This document shows positions 50,136 to 64,000 of a stretch of DNA of 64,000 nucleotides, piece by piece. The translations under genes were made by a program, and so were the position numbers. The stretch lies in the NCBI RefSeq assembly GCF_009914755.1, contig NC_060935.1; one strand, 5' to 3'. Origin of the DNA: the human T2T-CHM13v2.0 reference genome, Homo sapiens. How positions within the stretch are numbered: position 1 is the first letter of the stretch; every line of letters starts with the position of its first letter. The notes beneath the pieces are model-generated. The model had not been told where the DNA came from. It saw only the letters and a program-made list of their open reading frames with translations, and made no database searches.

Positions 50136-53100
50136 GTTAAGCAAACTTGTAGACAGTGGAACTGGAGATGGATAGAGGACAGGGGAGCAGAATCCATAAG
50201 ACCAGTGATAGATGAGATGATGAGTGCTTACTGACCCAAGGATGAGTGATGTCTATTGGTGGGGAAGTCAGGTGGGAATGCAATGCTTGAAGGGCAATGA
50301 GGACTTCATTCTGGCACATGCTGACTTTGAGGTGCTTCTGGGACATCCAGATGGACATGCAAATGAGGCCGTTTGATAAATGTGTCTAGAGTACGAGAGA
50401 GATGTAAATTGGAAATATAAATTGTGAAGTAGTCAGCATCTAGAAATTTGTTAGAGACACGAAGATGGATAAAATCGTAGAGAAAGAACCTGAATGATGA
50501 AGAGAAAGGAGTCTGGAGGGTGAAACTGAAATTTAACTCTTGTTCGCACAAATCTGATTTCACAAACTTTTGTGGAAAAGGGGTATGGCTTACTCATTTT
50601 TGTAGTGATACAACTTAGTATTTGCCTGGAAAATGACATGGGCCCATAAATGTGTACTGAACATATGTTTGCATGCACAAATTAATGAAGAAATGAATCT
50701 CTCTCCTTGGACGTGGGGATTATATGGAAGTTTCAGTCTCTCTCTATGCATATTTCAGTCTGTCAGCTCAGCTCATGATGCTTGAATCTCAGATTTTATT
50801 TAAAAGGCATTTCCCTTAGTTTAAAAATCTAGGTAATTGGCAGAATGGATACCTCAAAGCAAGTTATACTTTATGGCATAAGGTCAGGTGATATATATTC
50901 CCCTCACCATTTCTTAGAGAATGGTAAAATCATCAACAGTCTTATTTTCTTTTTAATGTGGAAAATGCTTTTTTGGGCCCTGTACTTTCCCAGCAGGCCG
51001 TTTCCAGAACAAAGAGGGGCTCACTTCAGTCCCCTTTTATAATTATTGCTAAATGCCCAAGCACTATCCTTCCCTGGAAGGACTGTTCCCACCCAGGGTT
51101 CAGGTGGAATGAGTCAACCCACCTTAAGTGAGAATCCTCAGCCTGAAATCCTGGCTCAAATAGAAAACAGCATCTCACTCTCACCTACAAGTCCTCACAC
51201 AATGTGGAGTTCCTGCCTTGTGCTACCCAGCACTTCCAGGTAACACTGCGTGCTATGCAAATATTCTGCTAACATACTTTGCTTTGTTCTGGAAAACAGT
51301 GAAATATAATGATATTTTAAAAGATGAGTGGCTGCTGAAATCCCCATAACATTGCACTATTTGAGAAAATAGAGCTTACCTGAATATTTTAGGCTTAACA
51401 ATTGCCAACCAGATGGCAGGCAGCAATATAAAAGGTATTACAAAGCTCCAACTCCTTATGTGTGTCATTTAGTAGGATATTGTACTCAGAATCCTGTTTC
51501 ATCACTGTTGTGTTAGTTACTCCCCTCACCACCTTTCAGCTTTCTTTTCTCATGCCAACACTTCAGGGAAAAACATCATTTTAAAGCATTGCTTTGGATT
51601 TCTAATTCATTATCTTCATGTTTATTGGCATTTTCCTTGAAGCTCTTCTAGGGGTAGAAATTAGGGAAGAGAGGTGGTTTACTAGGAGGGCAAAAGATGT
51701 GAGTTCAGAAGAAGAGATGCAGAACACACTTATTCTTCTTGTTATGCAACATAACAGCTTTTCCTCCAGTTTGTTGAAAGCACTGAGAATTTGGCCCAGA
51801 CTTTCTAGTGATTTTAGGCATCAAAACTGCATCATTAGTGGTGAGGTCTTAGGATTCTAAAAGCAAAATGCTCAGCTGGTGTTCAAACAGAAGCTCAGGT
51901 ACAATGGGATGGGGTGTTTGGGTCAAATCCAGCTGTAGGAGAAGAAATAAACTCTAAATAGGAAGACAGGACGTAGTGTTCTAAAAAATGTATGATTCAG
52001 AGGGATCAAGAAAGAGAAATTTCAAGCAATTTGGGAAGCTAAGATGGAATGGGGCAGGCTGGCCACCCACAGGAGTGAATGTGGCCTAGCAGCAGATAGA
52101 AGGGCCCACACTGTGGGCAGGAGTCCATTGTCTGAGAGCAAGTCAAAGTCAAGGCCCAGGTTTGGGGAAACTGGGGCATAGAGAAATTATTAAAGTAGAC
52201 ATTCAGGCGTGGACACAAGGAGACAAGCTATGAGGACAGTGTTACAGCTGGGCATTTCTGACAGAAGTGTCACAGTGCTTCTCCACCAAGAGCTGGGGCC
52301 ACAGCCAGAGTAGGGGAGATATGGAACAGACTTGATGTTGAGGCCCATCATTCACTGCAGGGGCTTTATTCACTCTGCTGCAGAATGAGTCCCAGTGCTT
52401 ATGTCAAGCTGAGCTGGCAAATCGACCTCTGTCCAGGAAAGCCAGGAAAAAATAGTCACAGTTTAAACATAAAATATATACATAATCAAATAGATATTAA
52501 AGATGACAGTCATTTGGAGGCTCATCTGCTGAATACTTTTCCTCTGTAGAGATTGAGAATTCATTTATATCCGAATTCTCTCCAAATATGTTATGACAAA
52601 TGCATTCAAGTGATAAATGTACACAGCCAGTGAAGCTCCTCTAATCAACCAAAAGAAACAAATATGCTTCCCCCCAAAAGAAAGAATATCCACCATCACT
52701 ACTATCACAAAGGACATCATCAACAGCAACAACAAAACACCGCATTGTGAGACTTGTTTCGCACGGATTCTCTGATCTTGCTCCTCTCCTTCGTTTCACC
52801 CAGCCTGTGTGTACTCAGCATCTGTACCTGAGCAGTGAGAATGAAATCAGAGAAGATGAGCCGTAGCCCTGAATAGGCTGTTTGAATTAGTTCCAAGGCA
52901 GGGGTAATTGTCTAACTCTTCCCTTTGCTCAGCCTGTGTAAACACAGATATAAATGATTGATCAAAGACAGAATAGCCCCATAATGATCAAAAGAAAATT
53001 AGTGGAGGCTCAAAGAAAGTGTATTGTCTCAAGATTGAATACTAAAGGGCTTGAAGCCCCAACCCAAGCTTTACTTTCCCTTCTACTACTTGCAAGGGGT

Positions 53101-53169
53101 TCACCACCTGCTTAGCTAAAAAATAGAGTTTTTTAAAAAGTTCAAGTTTAATGACATTCTAAAACTCTG

Positions 53170-53345
53170 TCATTTAATTGCCTGCCACATGATAAAAAGT
53201 AATATAAACAGTCATTTAACTTCTTTAAGCCTCAGTTTTCTTATCCTCAAAGTTGGAAAAAAAATCTCATAGATTTATACTGATGATTAAAGGATAGGCG
53301 GTATATTAAAATGCTTTCATAATGTCCTATTCACCATAAGTGTCC
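53170..53345 (+). mobile_element. MIR SINE fragment
   Basis: 'agtcatttaacttctttaagcctcagttttcttatc'. Confidence 0.65.
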
Positions 53346-53459
53346 CAAAGACAAGTTTGATGGTAACATAAATGAATCAATAAATGAATGAGTGATTATA
53401 CACATAGCTAGAGTGACATAGTGACTTCCGTGCATGGACAGCATAAGCCTGCACTACCG

Positions 53460-53657
53460 TTTATCTTTATGGTATTTATCACTATCTGATAGTACATGAT
53501 ATACTTCTTTATTTATATGCGGTCTGCATCCCCATCGCCATATAAATGCACGGAGCAGCAAATTTGTCTTATTCAATGTAATATTCCCGGTGATCAGAAC
53601 AAAGCTTAGCACATAATAGGCATTCAGTCAATATGTATTTGATAAATGAATGAATGA
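53460..53657 (+). mobile_element. L2 3' end
   Basis: 'ttagcacataataggcattcagtcaatatgtatttgataaatgaatgaatga'. Confidence 0.75.
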
Positions 53658-53788
53658 CATATTCAGGATTTGAACTGAAATCTGCCTGACTCCAAAGGTG
53701 TTATCTTTAAACACTAACTGTTCACAAATAAATAGACTGCAAATCATAGAGGCAGATTCCACTCAACATCACTTCGGTCTTACATAGT

Positions 53789-54279
53789 TTTGGTAGATGG
53801 AATAATGTCCCTCACTTCCAAGAACCTGTGAATGCATTACTTTACATGGCAAAAGGGATTTTTGCAGATGCAATTAAATGAAAGACCTTGTGATGGAAAG
53901 ATTATGCTGGACTATTCCACGAGTCCCATTTATTCACAAGGGTTCTTAAGAGCATCCTGGAACATTTCCAGGCTGTGGTCAAGAAAGTGATGTGACACCT
54001 GAAGCGGGGCCCAAGAGATACTATAATATTGGCTTTGGATATGAGAGAAGAGGCCAGGAGCCAGGGAATGCAGGTGGCCTTTAGAAGCTGAAAAGACAAG
54101 GAAATGGATCTTCTCCTAGAGTCCCAGAAACACACACCATCCTACCGACACCCTGATTTTAGCCCATGGAGACCCGAGTTAGATTTCTGTGCTATAAAAC
54201 TGTAAGAGAAAACATTTATGTTGTTTTAAACCACTCAGGTTGTGTTGATTTGTGACAGCGATGATAGAAAACTAATATA
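53789..54279 (+). mobile_element. MLT1D/E-like MaLR solo LTR
   Basis: 'aacctgtgaatgcattactttacatggcaaaagggatttttgcagatg..gaaatggatcttctcctagagtcccaga..gatagaaaactaatata'. Confidence 0.85.
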
Positions 54280-54345
54280 ATGGTACAGAGAGAACTATCA
54301 GTTTGAAGAAGTCCATTATTTATTTGCTATAAGAATACGATTTCA

Positions 54346-54665
<320 letters not shown>

Positions 54666-55367
54666 TTATAAGAAACTAGCTAAACTAGCTCACATTTTAA
54701 AAACTAATTAAATTCAATACACTACAGAACCTTCTAAACATCCTTCTAAACTTCATGTCAAAATTAGACAATTTGAAACTTGGAACCAATTGTAAACATT
54801 TCTCCCTTTCTACATGTGCTTATACGAAAATCTTGAAACCTCTGTGGATATTTTTTTGCCCCAGAACCATGGATTGGCTTCTGCACACTATTCATCTCTA
54901 CAGCCAAAACCTTCCTCTGCTATGTTTTCCATGCTGCCTTCCATAATAAGAAAAAAAAAAAAAGAAAGAAAAGAAAAACACAGTCCACGCTGCCATCATT
55001 TCCTACCATATTCATGTCTTTCCCACACACTTATTGCTGCAGCCTTTCTAGGAAGAGGCCCTGATGTTGACTTTATCAGCAGCCCTCGACTCAATGGTCT
55101 CCCCCACAGAACCATCAGGCACGCCTGGCCAGGACGCTAAGGCTCCATGTGCCCACGGCTCCCAAGCAATGGACATTGCCGCAAAAAATTAACGTGCATC
55201 TGTTCATCACTGCAGACGGCAGAGAGAGTGGGCTGTAATTTTAGCTTCTATCCCCCAAATAATGTTTGTTGTCGTGCTGTAATCTTGGCAATCAGCGTAA
55301 CAGATGAACATATCGTTTCATCCGAAATATTTGCTAAACATGATAGGACCTTGAAAACCACACCTCA

Positions 55368-55392
55368 GTGTGTGTGCGTGTGTGTGTGTGTG
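55368..55392. repeat. (TG)n microsatellite, one interruption
   Basis: gtgtgtgtgcgtgtgtgtgtgtgtg. Confidence 0.9.
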
Positions 55393-55912
55393 TTAGAAGA
55401 GAAACCACGTGTATTGGGTAGAATTAAAAACTGAACCATGTAAAACCTAACTAAATAAGGTAAAATGAGGAGGTTTGCAAATTCATTGAATTAGATGCAT
55501 GTCTCTTATTATACATTTCTCTGGAACTTAGTATTTTCTTAACCTTAAAAATGAGGCTTTCAGACAGGTCCAGAAAAGCCATGTATCTACTTTTCCTTTT
55601 GTAAAATATGAAAATTTAAAGCATGTGCACTTTTTAAAGTGGAATCTAATGACAATAAAATTTAATTGGACATATTATTCTTGTGATATTACATTAACTT
55701 GAGTGCCGCAAACTCATTTGCTTATAAAATCGCCTTGACCACTGAGAGGACTCTTTATTTCTGGGGTGGAAATGCTGGTCTATATGTTGAATTGACACTT
55801 AGGAAAACCACTACTAGCACTAAACTAGAAAATCTCTTTCTTTCCAAAGTCACCTCAAGATGAAATTCACATTTGAGGCCATTGCTAGAATAAGCACATT
55901 AAAACCATTTCA

Positions 55913-56210
<298 letters not shown>

Positions 56211-56269
56211 TCATGTCCCTCTTCACCTTGCTCTATATTATATATAGCCACAAAATCAATACCTTCATC

Positions 56270-56660
56270 ATCAGTGAACTAATTCGACAAATGTTGTGAG
56301 TTTCTGCTCTGTGGTGGGTACTACTCAAGGTTTTGGGGTGCAGCAGCAAGAACAACACATTTGAGATTTCTTGCCTCTGTTGAGCCCTCATTGAATAGGC
56401 AAGACAAATGAGCAAAGTCATCTCATCTCCAGATAGTAAGAAATGCTAAATGAGAAAAAATTAGTAGGAGAGTAAGGAGGCCTGGTAGGAATTATAGGCA
56501 GACAGTGAAAATGTGAGTATCTGGAGAGGAGCATTCCAGGAAGAGGAGACCAGAGTCAGGCTTGTAAGGCCAGGGCACATTCTGTATGCTCAGATAGGAA
56601 CAAGACTGAGGTGGTTGAAGCAGAAGGGGAGGAGGATGGTAAGAGGTAAAGTCGGAGAAG
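56270..56660 (-). mobile_element. L2 fragment
   Basis: 'atctggagaggagcattccaggaagaggaga..aggccagg..gtggttgaagcaga' antisense L2. Confidence 0.6.
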
Positions 56661-56781
56661 CAACAAGAATATTCTCAACCATACAAAGAACCAAGCAGGA
56701 ACAATCTAGATATTCACAGAAAGAATGTAGGCACCAGCCCCTTTTTATTCTGTTCCCAGGCTAATAAAATAGGAATTAGAA

Positions 56782-57037
56782 CCAAATACCACATGTCCTC
56801 ACTCATAAGTGGGAGTTGAAGAATGAGAACACATGGACACAGGGAGGGGAACATCACACAGTGGGGCGTGTCAGGGGAGGGAGAGCATTAGGACAAATAC
56901 CTAATGCATGCGGGGCTTAAAACCCGGATGATGGGTTGATGGGTGCAGCAAACCACCATGGCACATGTATACCTATGTAACAAACCTGCACATTCTGCAC
57001 ATGTATTCCAGAACTTAAAGTAAAATAAAATAATAAC
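56782..57037 (+). mobile_element. 5'-truncated L1PA (PA7/8-like) 3' end
   Basis: 'ctcactcataagtgggagttgaagaatgagaacacatggacacagggagggg..aacaaacctgcacattctgcacatg..gaacttaaag'; 18-bp flanking repeat ataaaataggaattagaa (56764-56781 / 57038-57055). Confidence 0.95.
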
Positions 57038-57311
57038 ATAAAATAGGAATTAGAAACTATGTTTATGACTCTTAACCCCTGGTCTTAAACATCTAGCTTT
57101 TTGGTTTTGTTTGTGTTAATATGTATGGATATAAGTATCTGCATGCATGTTATATATGCGGGGATATTCAGCACTAGTGAAATATGATGCATTAAAGAAA
57201 TTATGACTTCATCGCTAAGCCCCACGTAAATATATTTTCAGTGTTTAATGGCTATTTTTCCCAAACTCAGTTTCATGATTACATTTCACTGAAGCTAACA
57301 TGTAACTGTTA

Positions 57312-57620
57312 GGCTAGGCACAGTGGCTCACACCTGTAATCCCAGCACTTTGGGAGGCCAAGGTGGGCAGATCACCTAAAGTCAGGAGCTTGAGAGCAGC
57401 CTGGCCAACATGGTGAAACCCCATCTCTACTAAAAATACAAAAATTAGCTGGGCGTGGTGGCGAATGCCTGTAGTCCCAGCTACTCAAGAGGCTGAGGCC
57501 CAAGAATCACCTGAACCCAGAGGCGGAGGTTGCAGTGAGCCAAGATCACACTGCTGCACTCCAGCCTGGGTGACAGAGCGAGATGCTATGTCAAAAAATA
57601 AAAAATACATAAAGTAAAAT
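57312..57620 (+). mobile_element. AluSx/Sz-like element
   Basis: Full dimer; degenerate TSD aacatgtaactgtt / aaaatgtaattgtt. Confidence 0.93.
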
Positions 57621-58299
57621 AAAATGTAATTGTTTACAGACTATACCATCATTATTCTACGATCCTCTAAGAAAGAAAAAAATACTTCTGGTTAACCTGA
57701 AACATGCTATCAAACACATATTAGAATATCAGGAATGTTTCAAAATTTGAAAACTTATCTATCACAGAATAAATAAAATCCAGGGCATTTATCCCCTCTC
57801 CTGATGCATAAAATGCACAAACTTCGACTTATTTTGAAACACTGGTTTGTGCAAACTTACAAGTTAACTTTCATTCAAAGCAAAACATTGTCTTTTATTT
57901 CCTTTTCCTTGGGCCCACTTGCTGAGAGGCAAGATGCTTTTATTCCTGCTTTTATTAGCAGAAGTTGTTGTCGTAGTAGTCGCAACGGAGTTAGAAGTGA
58001 GTATCATAGTGATAGTATTTGTCATATGTTTATGGAGTATTTACTGTGTATGCTGTTGTATCTCTGCCTATTGGCTCTGCCTGACCTCGCTCCACCATGT
58101 AAACTTAAAACCAGATGAGATAATTCAGCAACAAACAGCATGTCAAGTAGCTTCTAGCTTATTAGCAGAACCTCCAGATTCAGTTTCTTAAATTTTTCTC
58201 ATGTGGCCTATACCTAAGTGTACCACCAGTGGTAGCGTGTTAGCCTCAAATTGTAAGCTCATGGTGATAGACAGTTCTACAAAGCTTTTTGCTGTAACG

Positions 58300-58460
58300 G
58301 TAAATACTGTTCATTGCTTGCCTATTATTAGGCCCACATCGAAGCGCTTCATGAGCATTTATGCCTCAGAACTACACTAGGAGGTAGATCGAATGATTAT
58401 GATTTCCAGATCACAGAGAGGAAACTAAAGCACAGAGAGGTTGGGTTACTTGCCAACGAC
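58300..58460 (-). mobile_element. MIR SINE fragment
   Basis: 'cacagagaggaaactaaagcacagagaggttgggttacttgcca'. Confidence 0.7.
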
Positions 58461-58598
58461 AAAAACCCAGGGAAACAACCTGCCTCTGTGATGTCCCACT
58501 GGCATTGTGGCCAGCACTTCTGCACTCTCCATCACACGCTTTGTGCTGGCTCTTTTAGGACAATCAGGTTGTTGATCAGAACATACACACGTCTGGGT

Positions 58599-59056
58599 TA
58601 GCAAAGATTATTTGCTTGGCTAAATGTTATTTAGGCTCCTAGACCCTCTCCTTCATCAGTCTGTGCACTTCCTTGTAAAACACAGCTGCAGAAAAGAACC
58701 CTGCAAAGTCAGTTTACGAAGAACTCCTCACGCTCTATACCTCATCATCCTGGATATCTGATTAGGCTCCACCTCCTCCACCATCCCCCAGATGACGTTT
58801 GGTCCCCCTGGCCTGTCTTCAGCAAGAATCTCGTTTGGTCTGTTTAGTTAGAATCGCCATGACCCCTGCTGTTTCCTCTTAGTAACTTTCCATCCACTGA
58901 CCCCCACCCTGTTCCTGGGCTATAAATTCCCATTTGCCAGGATATATTTGGAATTGAGCCAGTTCTACCCTAGACCTTTTTCCCTATTGTGAGAGTCCTT
59001 CATAAAATCTGTTTTTACCCCATTAACTACTATCCAGCTATGGTTTTTCTTTGACG
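58599..59056 (+). mobile_element. MER31-like ERV1 solo LTR
   Basis: 'cttcagcaagaatc..gtttcctcttagtaactttccatccactgacccccaccctg..ggctataaattccca' matches recalled MER31 and includes the LTR TATA 'ctataaa'. Confidence 0.8.
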
Positions 59057-59136
59057 ATATCTGCTAGTTCACCCTGTCGCATTTAGTGCAGTAATGAGCA
59101 CGCTACAGCGGTTACTGGCTCCATTCTCTATGCCTA

Positions 59137-59463
<327 letters not shown>

Positions 59464-60744
59464 CTAATATTGATGTCGATATTCACACTTGTTTTGCTTG
59501 CAACCTCAGTGATTTTACTGGTCTAAGATGATAAGATTTTTAAATTTCATTTTCACCTAGGATACCAATCAGAAAGAGTCTGTTCTTTTGGTGTATTTTA
59601 AAAAATATTCATGACACATCATGTTGGCAAGTCAAGACATTGAAGCAGCCCAGTCAAGTTGTGCACCCAGGTGAGATGGAAAATGTGAATGAAAAATCAG
59701 AGCATCTTTTCTCCCCAGTACTGCCTCTGAACTGACCACACACAGCATAGTTCACAGGCCACCCAGCTGTCCCTTAAGTCTCCCTTATGAGACAGTAAGA
59801 GTCTTCTTCCGAGGTCCCGACAGGCTCAAATTCTTTGTTCAAATTCTTTTCTCAGAATGGTTTGGGATTTGTTGCGCTTAGTGGCAACGCTTCTGTGATC
59901 TTCCAGAAAGGAAGAATACCCATAAATTAAAACACCACCAGCATCAATTCCAACACTTCTGGATCCTCTAATCACCTAGGCAAAACATAAAAAATAAAAA
60001 CCTTGTTTTGCTTTCTCTCCTCTCGGCCCTCGTCTGCCACATCTTCAATGGCTGTAAGTCCGAGCCTGTCTAAGCCTTAACTGGCTGAGTGTTAACTCAT
60101 CCAGTGAGTTCAAAAGAGACGGACACAGCAAGGCACACAGAGATGCCAGTGTCACAGTGGAACCAGTCTAGGAGAGCTCAGGCTTACAGCTGGCAGCTCC
60201 TGAGGTCGCCCTGGAGGAAACACTGAAACAAAATGACCCTGTGGCTCCTGGCTACTGACAAGTCTTTGGCCTAATTTATTTGAGTAGTTCAGAAAAAACA
60301 GAATTTTTTGGAATTTCCAAGGCATATGCATCAGGTTGGTGTGGGACCACACTCTTAAACCTTCAAAGTTTTCCAGGAAATGCATTGTAGAAACTGGATC
60401 TGACTCTGCTTCGTCCTTGATGTTGATGGATGCCAGTGGTGAAGCAATGTCTGTCCTTGTCACTAAGCAATGCATTCCTCTCCAGTAGTGTTCTCATTTC
60501 ACCCGTTATTTTAGATGTCTTTGAAACTATACAAATTTTATTTTCCCTAATATGTACTGAAACTCATTGACTGACACACTTAATTTTTCTAATCTGATCA
60601 ATATTTGGTTAATTGAATGAATAGACAATCTGTTTAAAGACAGAATTTGTACTATTTCCTTCATTGTCTATTCTTCCTCCTTACCCATCGCCCCTCCTAT
60701 TCAATAATAGTTATTTTTTCTGGATCCCATGGAACTCAAGTCAG

Positions 60745-60960
60745 GCTGATGAAACTGGTTTTGGGTCCTAAATTTGCCACTTATCCTGCGTGAGGCCTTT
60801 CAGAAGTTTTCTCCTCTAAGTATCTATTCCTCACACATAAAATAAGAGTAGTAACCTACCTAACTCAGAGGTTCTTGTTGTAATTAAATGAGAAAATTAA
60901 ATGAAGCAAGTATCAGAGTGCTCAAAACAGCATAAACATCTAATAAGTGTTAGCTCTTAT
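60745..60960 (+). mobile_element. MIR SINE
   Basis: 'tgccacttatcctgcgtgagg..taaaataagagtagtaacctaccta..aattaaatgaga..taataagtgttagct'. Confidence 0.7.
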
Positions 60961-62789
60961 CACCACCTCCCCTTTCATAAATTTAAAAGAAAGCTAATGA
61001 ATTTTTGCCAATCCTGGAAAGCTATCATCCTTTTAAAGTATGCATTTTATAATTTAAAATAAAAACTCTTAAAATTATGCTCTTCTCTGGAAACATCCCA
61101 ATCAACCAACTTTGCCAATGTATAAATAAACAGTATGGGTCACCCCACAATTTAGAATTGGATGGTTTTCCTGGGTCTGTGCTGTCTCTCCTTTTTCCCA
61201 TACCAACATCTCTGCTGGATGTAAAGTCCATGAAGGAAATTGTTTTATGGGCCCGCAAGTCTGCTCAATACGCAGAACACAATAACGGCAGCACCAAGCT
61301 GGCTGAGGGCTGAGGATGTGGTCTTATCAGCCGTGGAGTTTGGCTAAGGCAGAAAACAGAGAGCCATTCTCCTTCAATAAACAGGAGACAGCTGGAGTCC
61401 CCCAGCTCCTCTTCTTAAGGAGACTTTAACAACCCCTCAGCCATGTCTTCATGTACGGATAGGGCATGTATCTGAAGACTGGTGACCAGAACTTGGGGGA
61501 AGGTGGGGGGACAATAAAACATGCCGTATTTGGTAGAAATTAAGATAAGGAAATACTTTTTTTAAAAAAAACAAAACCCATAATGTATTCCTTTTCTACT
61601 CATTTCCTAGTTACTCTCCAGCTTCTGGAATGAAGGTGCAGTGCTGGACAGAGTAAGATTCTGCAAGCTCCTGCTGCCATCAGAAGCTCCGTAAGTACCG
61701 CATTTACTGAGAGAGGGCAGCTTCAAAGGTTTCATTTCCACTTAGAGTCTAAGCAGCTCTACAAAAGAGCATTGATTTTGGTTAAATTGATTTCATTCAT
61801 AGTTGGTTTGGATGGTGTATTCAAAAGATAGATCGTATCAGACTGCCAGTGTACAGGAGTCTGGGGGGACAGACCTCCTCTTGTGTGTGCACATGTGGGC
61901 CTAAATATTTCCTCTTCTCACAGGTGGGTGGGATTTCGCCTTTGAGGGGCCTGAAAAGACATTTTCACAGGATGGGCCACTCTGGACAGGCATGTTACAC
62001 TGCAATTTGGGTTATGTCAAAAGCATAAAATCAGGCTTTTCAATATTGCTTCTAACTGCCTGTGCAGCAAATACCCATTTGTCTTATTACTTCATATTAA
62101 TGCACATTAGCTATTGACCCTACTTTAGTTGAAATATATAATAACAGACAGATGTGCCAAGTGCCAACCGGTTATTAGAAACTCGAGTTTGATTCCGTGG
62201 GTTCCAGGTGGTGGCTGCCATGGAAAATACCTGCGTGACTATTTCAAACATACGAGTAGGCATGAGTGTTCATGATCACTGTATTTGACTGCAAACCTCA
62301 AGCAGGATGGCATTTGAAAAGCATATAATATCCGAAACCATAGTATCGAACAGCAGAAGTCTTCTGCTGAAAAATATTCAAGATTACACATGTGGGAACA
62401 CGCAACACATGCGGTTTCATATTAACAAATGCCATCAACTTTCAATTATTCATTCAAATGAAAGGCAGCTGCTAGTTTAAAAAAATAAAAAATACAGATA
62501 CAAGATTTCAAACTCATTTAAAGATGGCTGATGGCCATAGGCTGCAACCTATGGTCTTTCTTACTCAGCATTTGAATCTACTTATCTATGCTCTGTTCTG
62601 ATCAATATTAAAATTGGTTTCATTCTCTAAGCAGCCACTGACTGATGGTAATTGGGCAGAGATGAATTAAAGGTAGGTGTCTGGAGACCTCAGTGTGAGA
62701 TTAAAAACATATCATGGTTGGATTATACAGATATACATGCACATCCCGCACACAAACACATAATACATATGTTTTAATGCCATTTTTCA

Positions 62790-62970
62790 GAAGTATTCTT
62801 TTTAACTGGGATATGCAAACAAATCGTCTGGCGATCTTTTTCAAACACAAATGCTTAGGTCCCACCATCCAAATAAGTTGAATTAACAAGACTGGGGTGG
62901 GCCCCAACCAATGGATTTTTAATAAGTTAAACCCATGCCAGTTGATTCTGAGCACTGCTTCAACTACTGC
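62790..62970. mobile_element. MER5-like hAT fragment
   Basis: 'aatcgtctggcgatcttttt..ctggggtgggcccca..ggatttttaataag..tgattctga'. Confidence 0.55.
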
Positions 62971-63029
62971 ATTAAAGATCAGAACAACCACAAAAAAAAA
63001 GACTGGGTTTTAGGCACTTGAGGAAGAGC

Positions 63030-63300
63030 CTTCAGCCTTCCCCAAGACATATAAATGCTACCACCAATGACCCAATTGTTAAAACTGACAATATAGGAGT
63101 ATCCCTTGATTACACATTTTCGCATCCAATCCGCCACCCAAGGCCCTGGTTCTATCTCCAAAACCCTTCTCAATATGTCCAGTTTTTAGTTCAAGCTGTC
63201 ATCTCCCCACCTACCCTGCTGCTTTTTTCCTGGAAATTAGCATGGTGCCAGACACATGATATCTGCCCGACAAATATTAGTTGAAAGAATGAACAAACAA
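63030..63300 (+). mobile_element. L2 fragments
   Basis: 'ggagtatcccttgat..ttctatctccaaaac' and 3' end 'tagcatggtgccagacacat..aaatattagttgaaagaatgaac'. Confidence 0.6.
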
Positions 63301-64000
63301 CTGAGCAATTAGGAATTGTGTATTTTTCAACATCTACTTGCACAAGACCTGGTATATACAAAATTGAGTTAATACTAACAGACATTAAATTGAAAAGAAT
63401 GCTGTTAATATATCTAAGTGTAGGGTACAGGACACGAGTCAGACTGAATCTCAGGGAGAAGAAACAGCCCACCAGCACGTTGACCACCACTAGTACTCAG
63501 GGATCTGGATACCTGTGGTCCAAGCTCATGCCATCTCCTGTTTCACTCCTACCCACAGTGGACAAGCTGGGGGAAGGCATGTGCCAGAGCAAAACCAGCT
63601 TCACAGTCCACATGAGGGTATCTGGTGGCAAAACATCAATTATCACCTCCTCGTCTGAGAAGCAGAAGATTGGATTTCTGGAGAGTCTCCACAGCCCACT
63701 TGTGTTCTGTTCAATTCTAATGCTTATGTAAAACACCCTCACATAGGACAAAGGTGATGAAATCACTGCTTGGAATGAAACAAATCTGAATGTAAATGGA
63801 AAAATAATATGGTTAGAACTGAAGAGTCAGACACTATATAAATAGGCTTTGCAAATTAACAAGCACCCGAAAGGCACCCAGAGAAAAGCAGCTGTCCTGA
63901 CCACCAAGGAAGGAAATGCTTCAGCACTGAGGACAGTTCTTGTGGGTCATGCTATTGGTGGTGTTCAGTCCGTGCCCAGAGTTCAGAAGCTGGAGCTAAA

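Noticed and set aside
51830-52400. Possible old LTR-like sequence
   Set aside because: I could not match termini or a family with confidence
63318-63731. 137-aa ORF
   Set aside because: Non-ATG start, no recognisable homology, length within chance expectation

Overview
Primate, almost certainly human, non-coding genomic DNA. It is CpG-depleted with no CpG island, no credible protein-coding exon and no recognisable RNA gene. Much of it is interspersed repeat: old L2 and MIR fragments, MaLR LTRs (THE1, MLT1, and one two-LTR MST element at 21579-23999), a MER31-type ERV1 LTR, DNA transposon relics (Tigger3a/MER7A, MER5, MER33, MER94), truncated L1s and about eight Alu-family elements. Two of the Alus are young AluYa-lineage copies. 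The main functional candidate is a repeat-free block at about 32.1-32.8 kb carrying an ordered WT1/NR5A1/GATA/SOX/SOX motif set. From memory it resembles the SOX9 testis enhancer eSR-A (mouse Enh13) in the 17q24.3 gene desert; this locus assignment is tentative and needs BLAT. The most unusual structure seen directly is a multi-switch templated insertion at 34.8-35.7 kb. I find no evidence of a new coding system. Repeat subfamily names come from recalled consensus sequences, and boundaries of old repeats are approximate.
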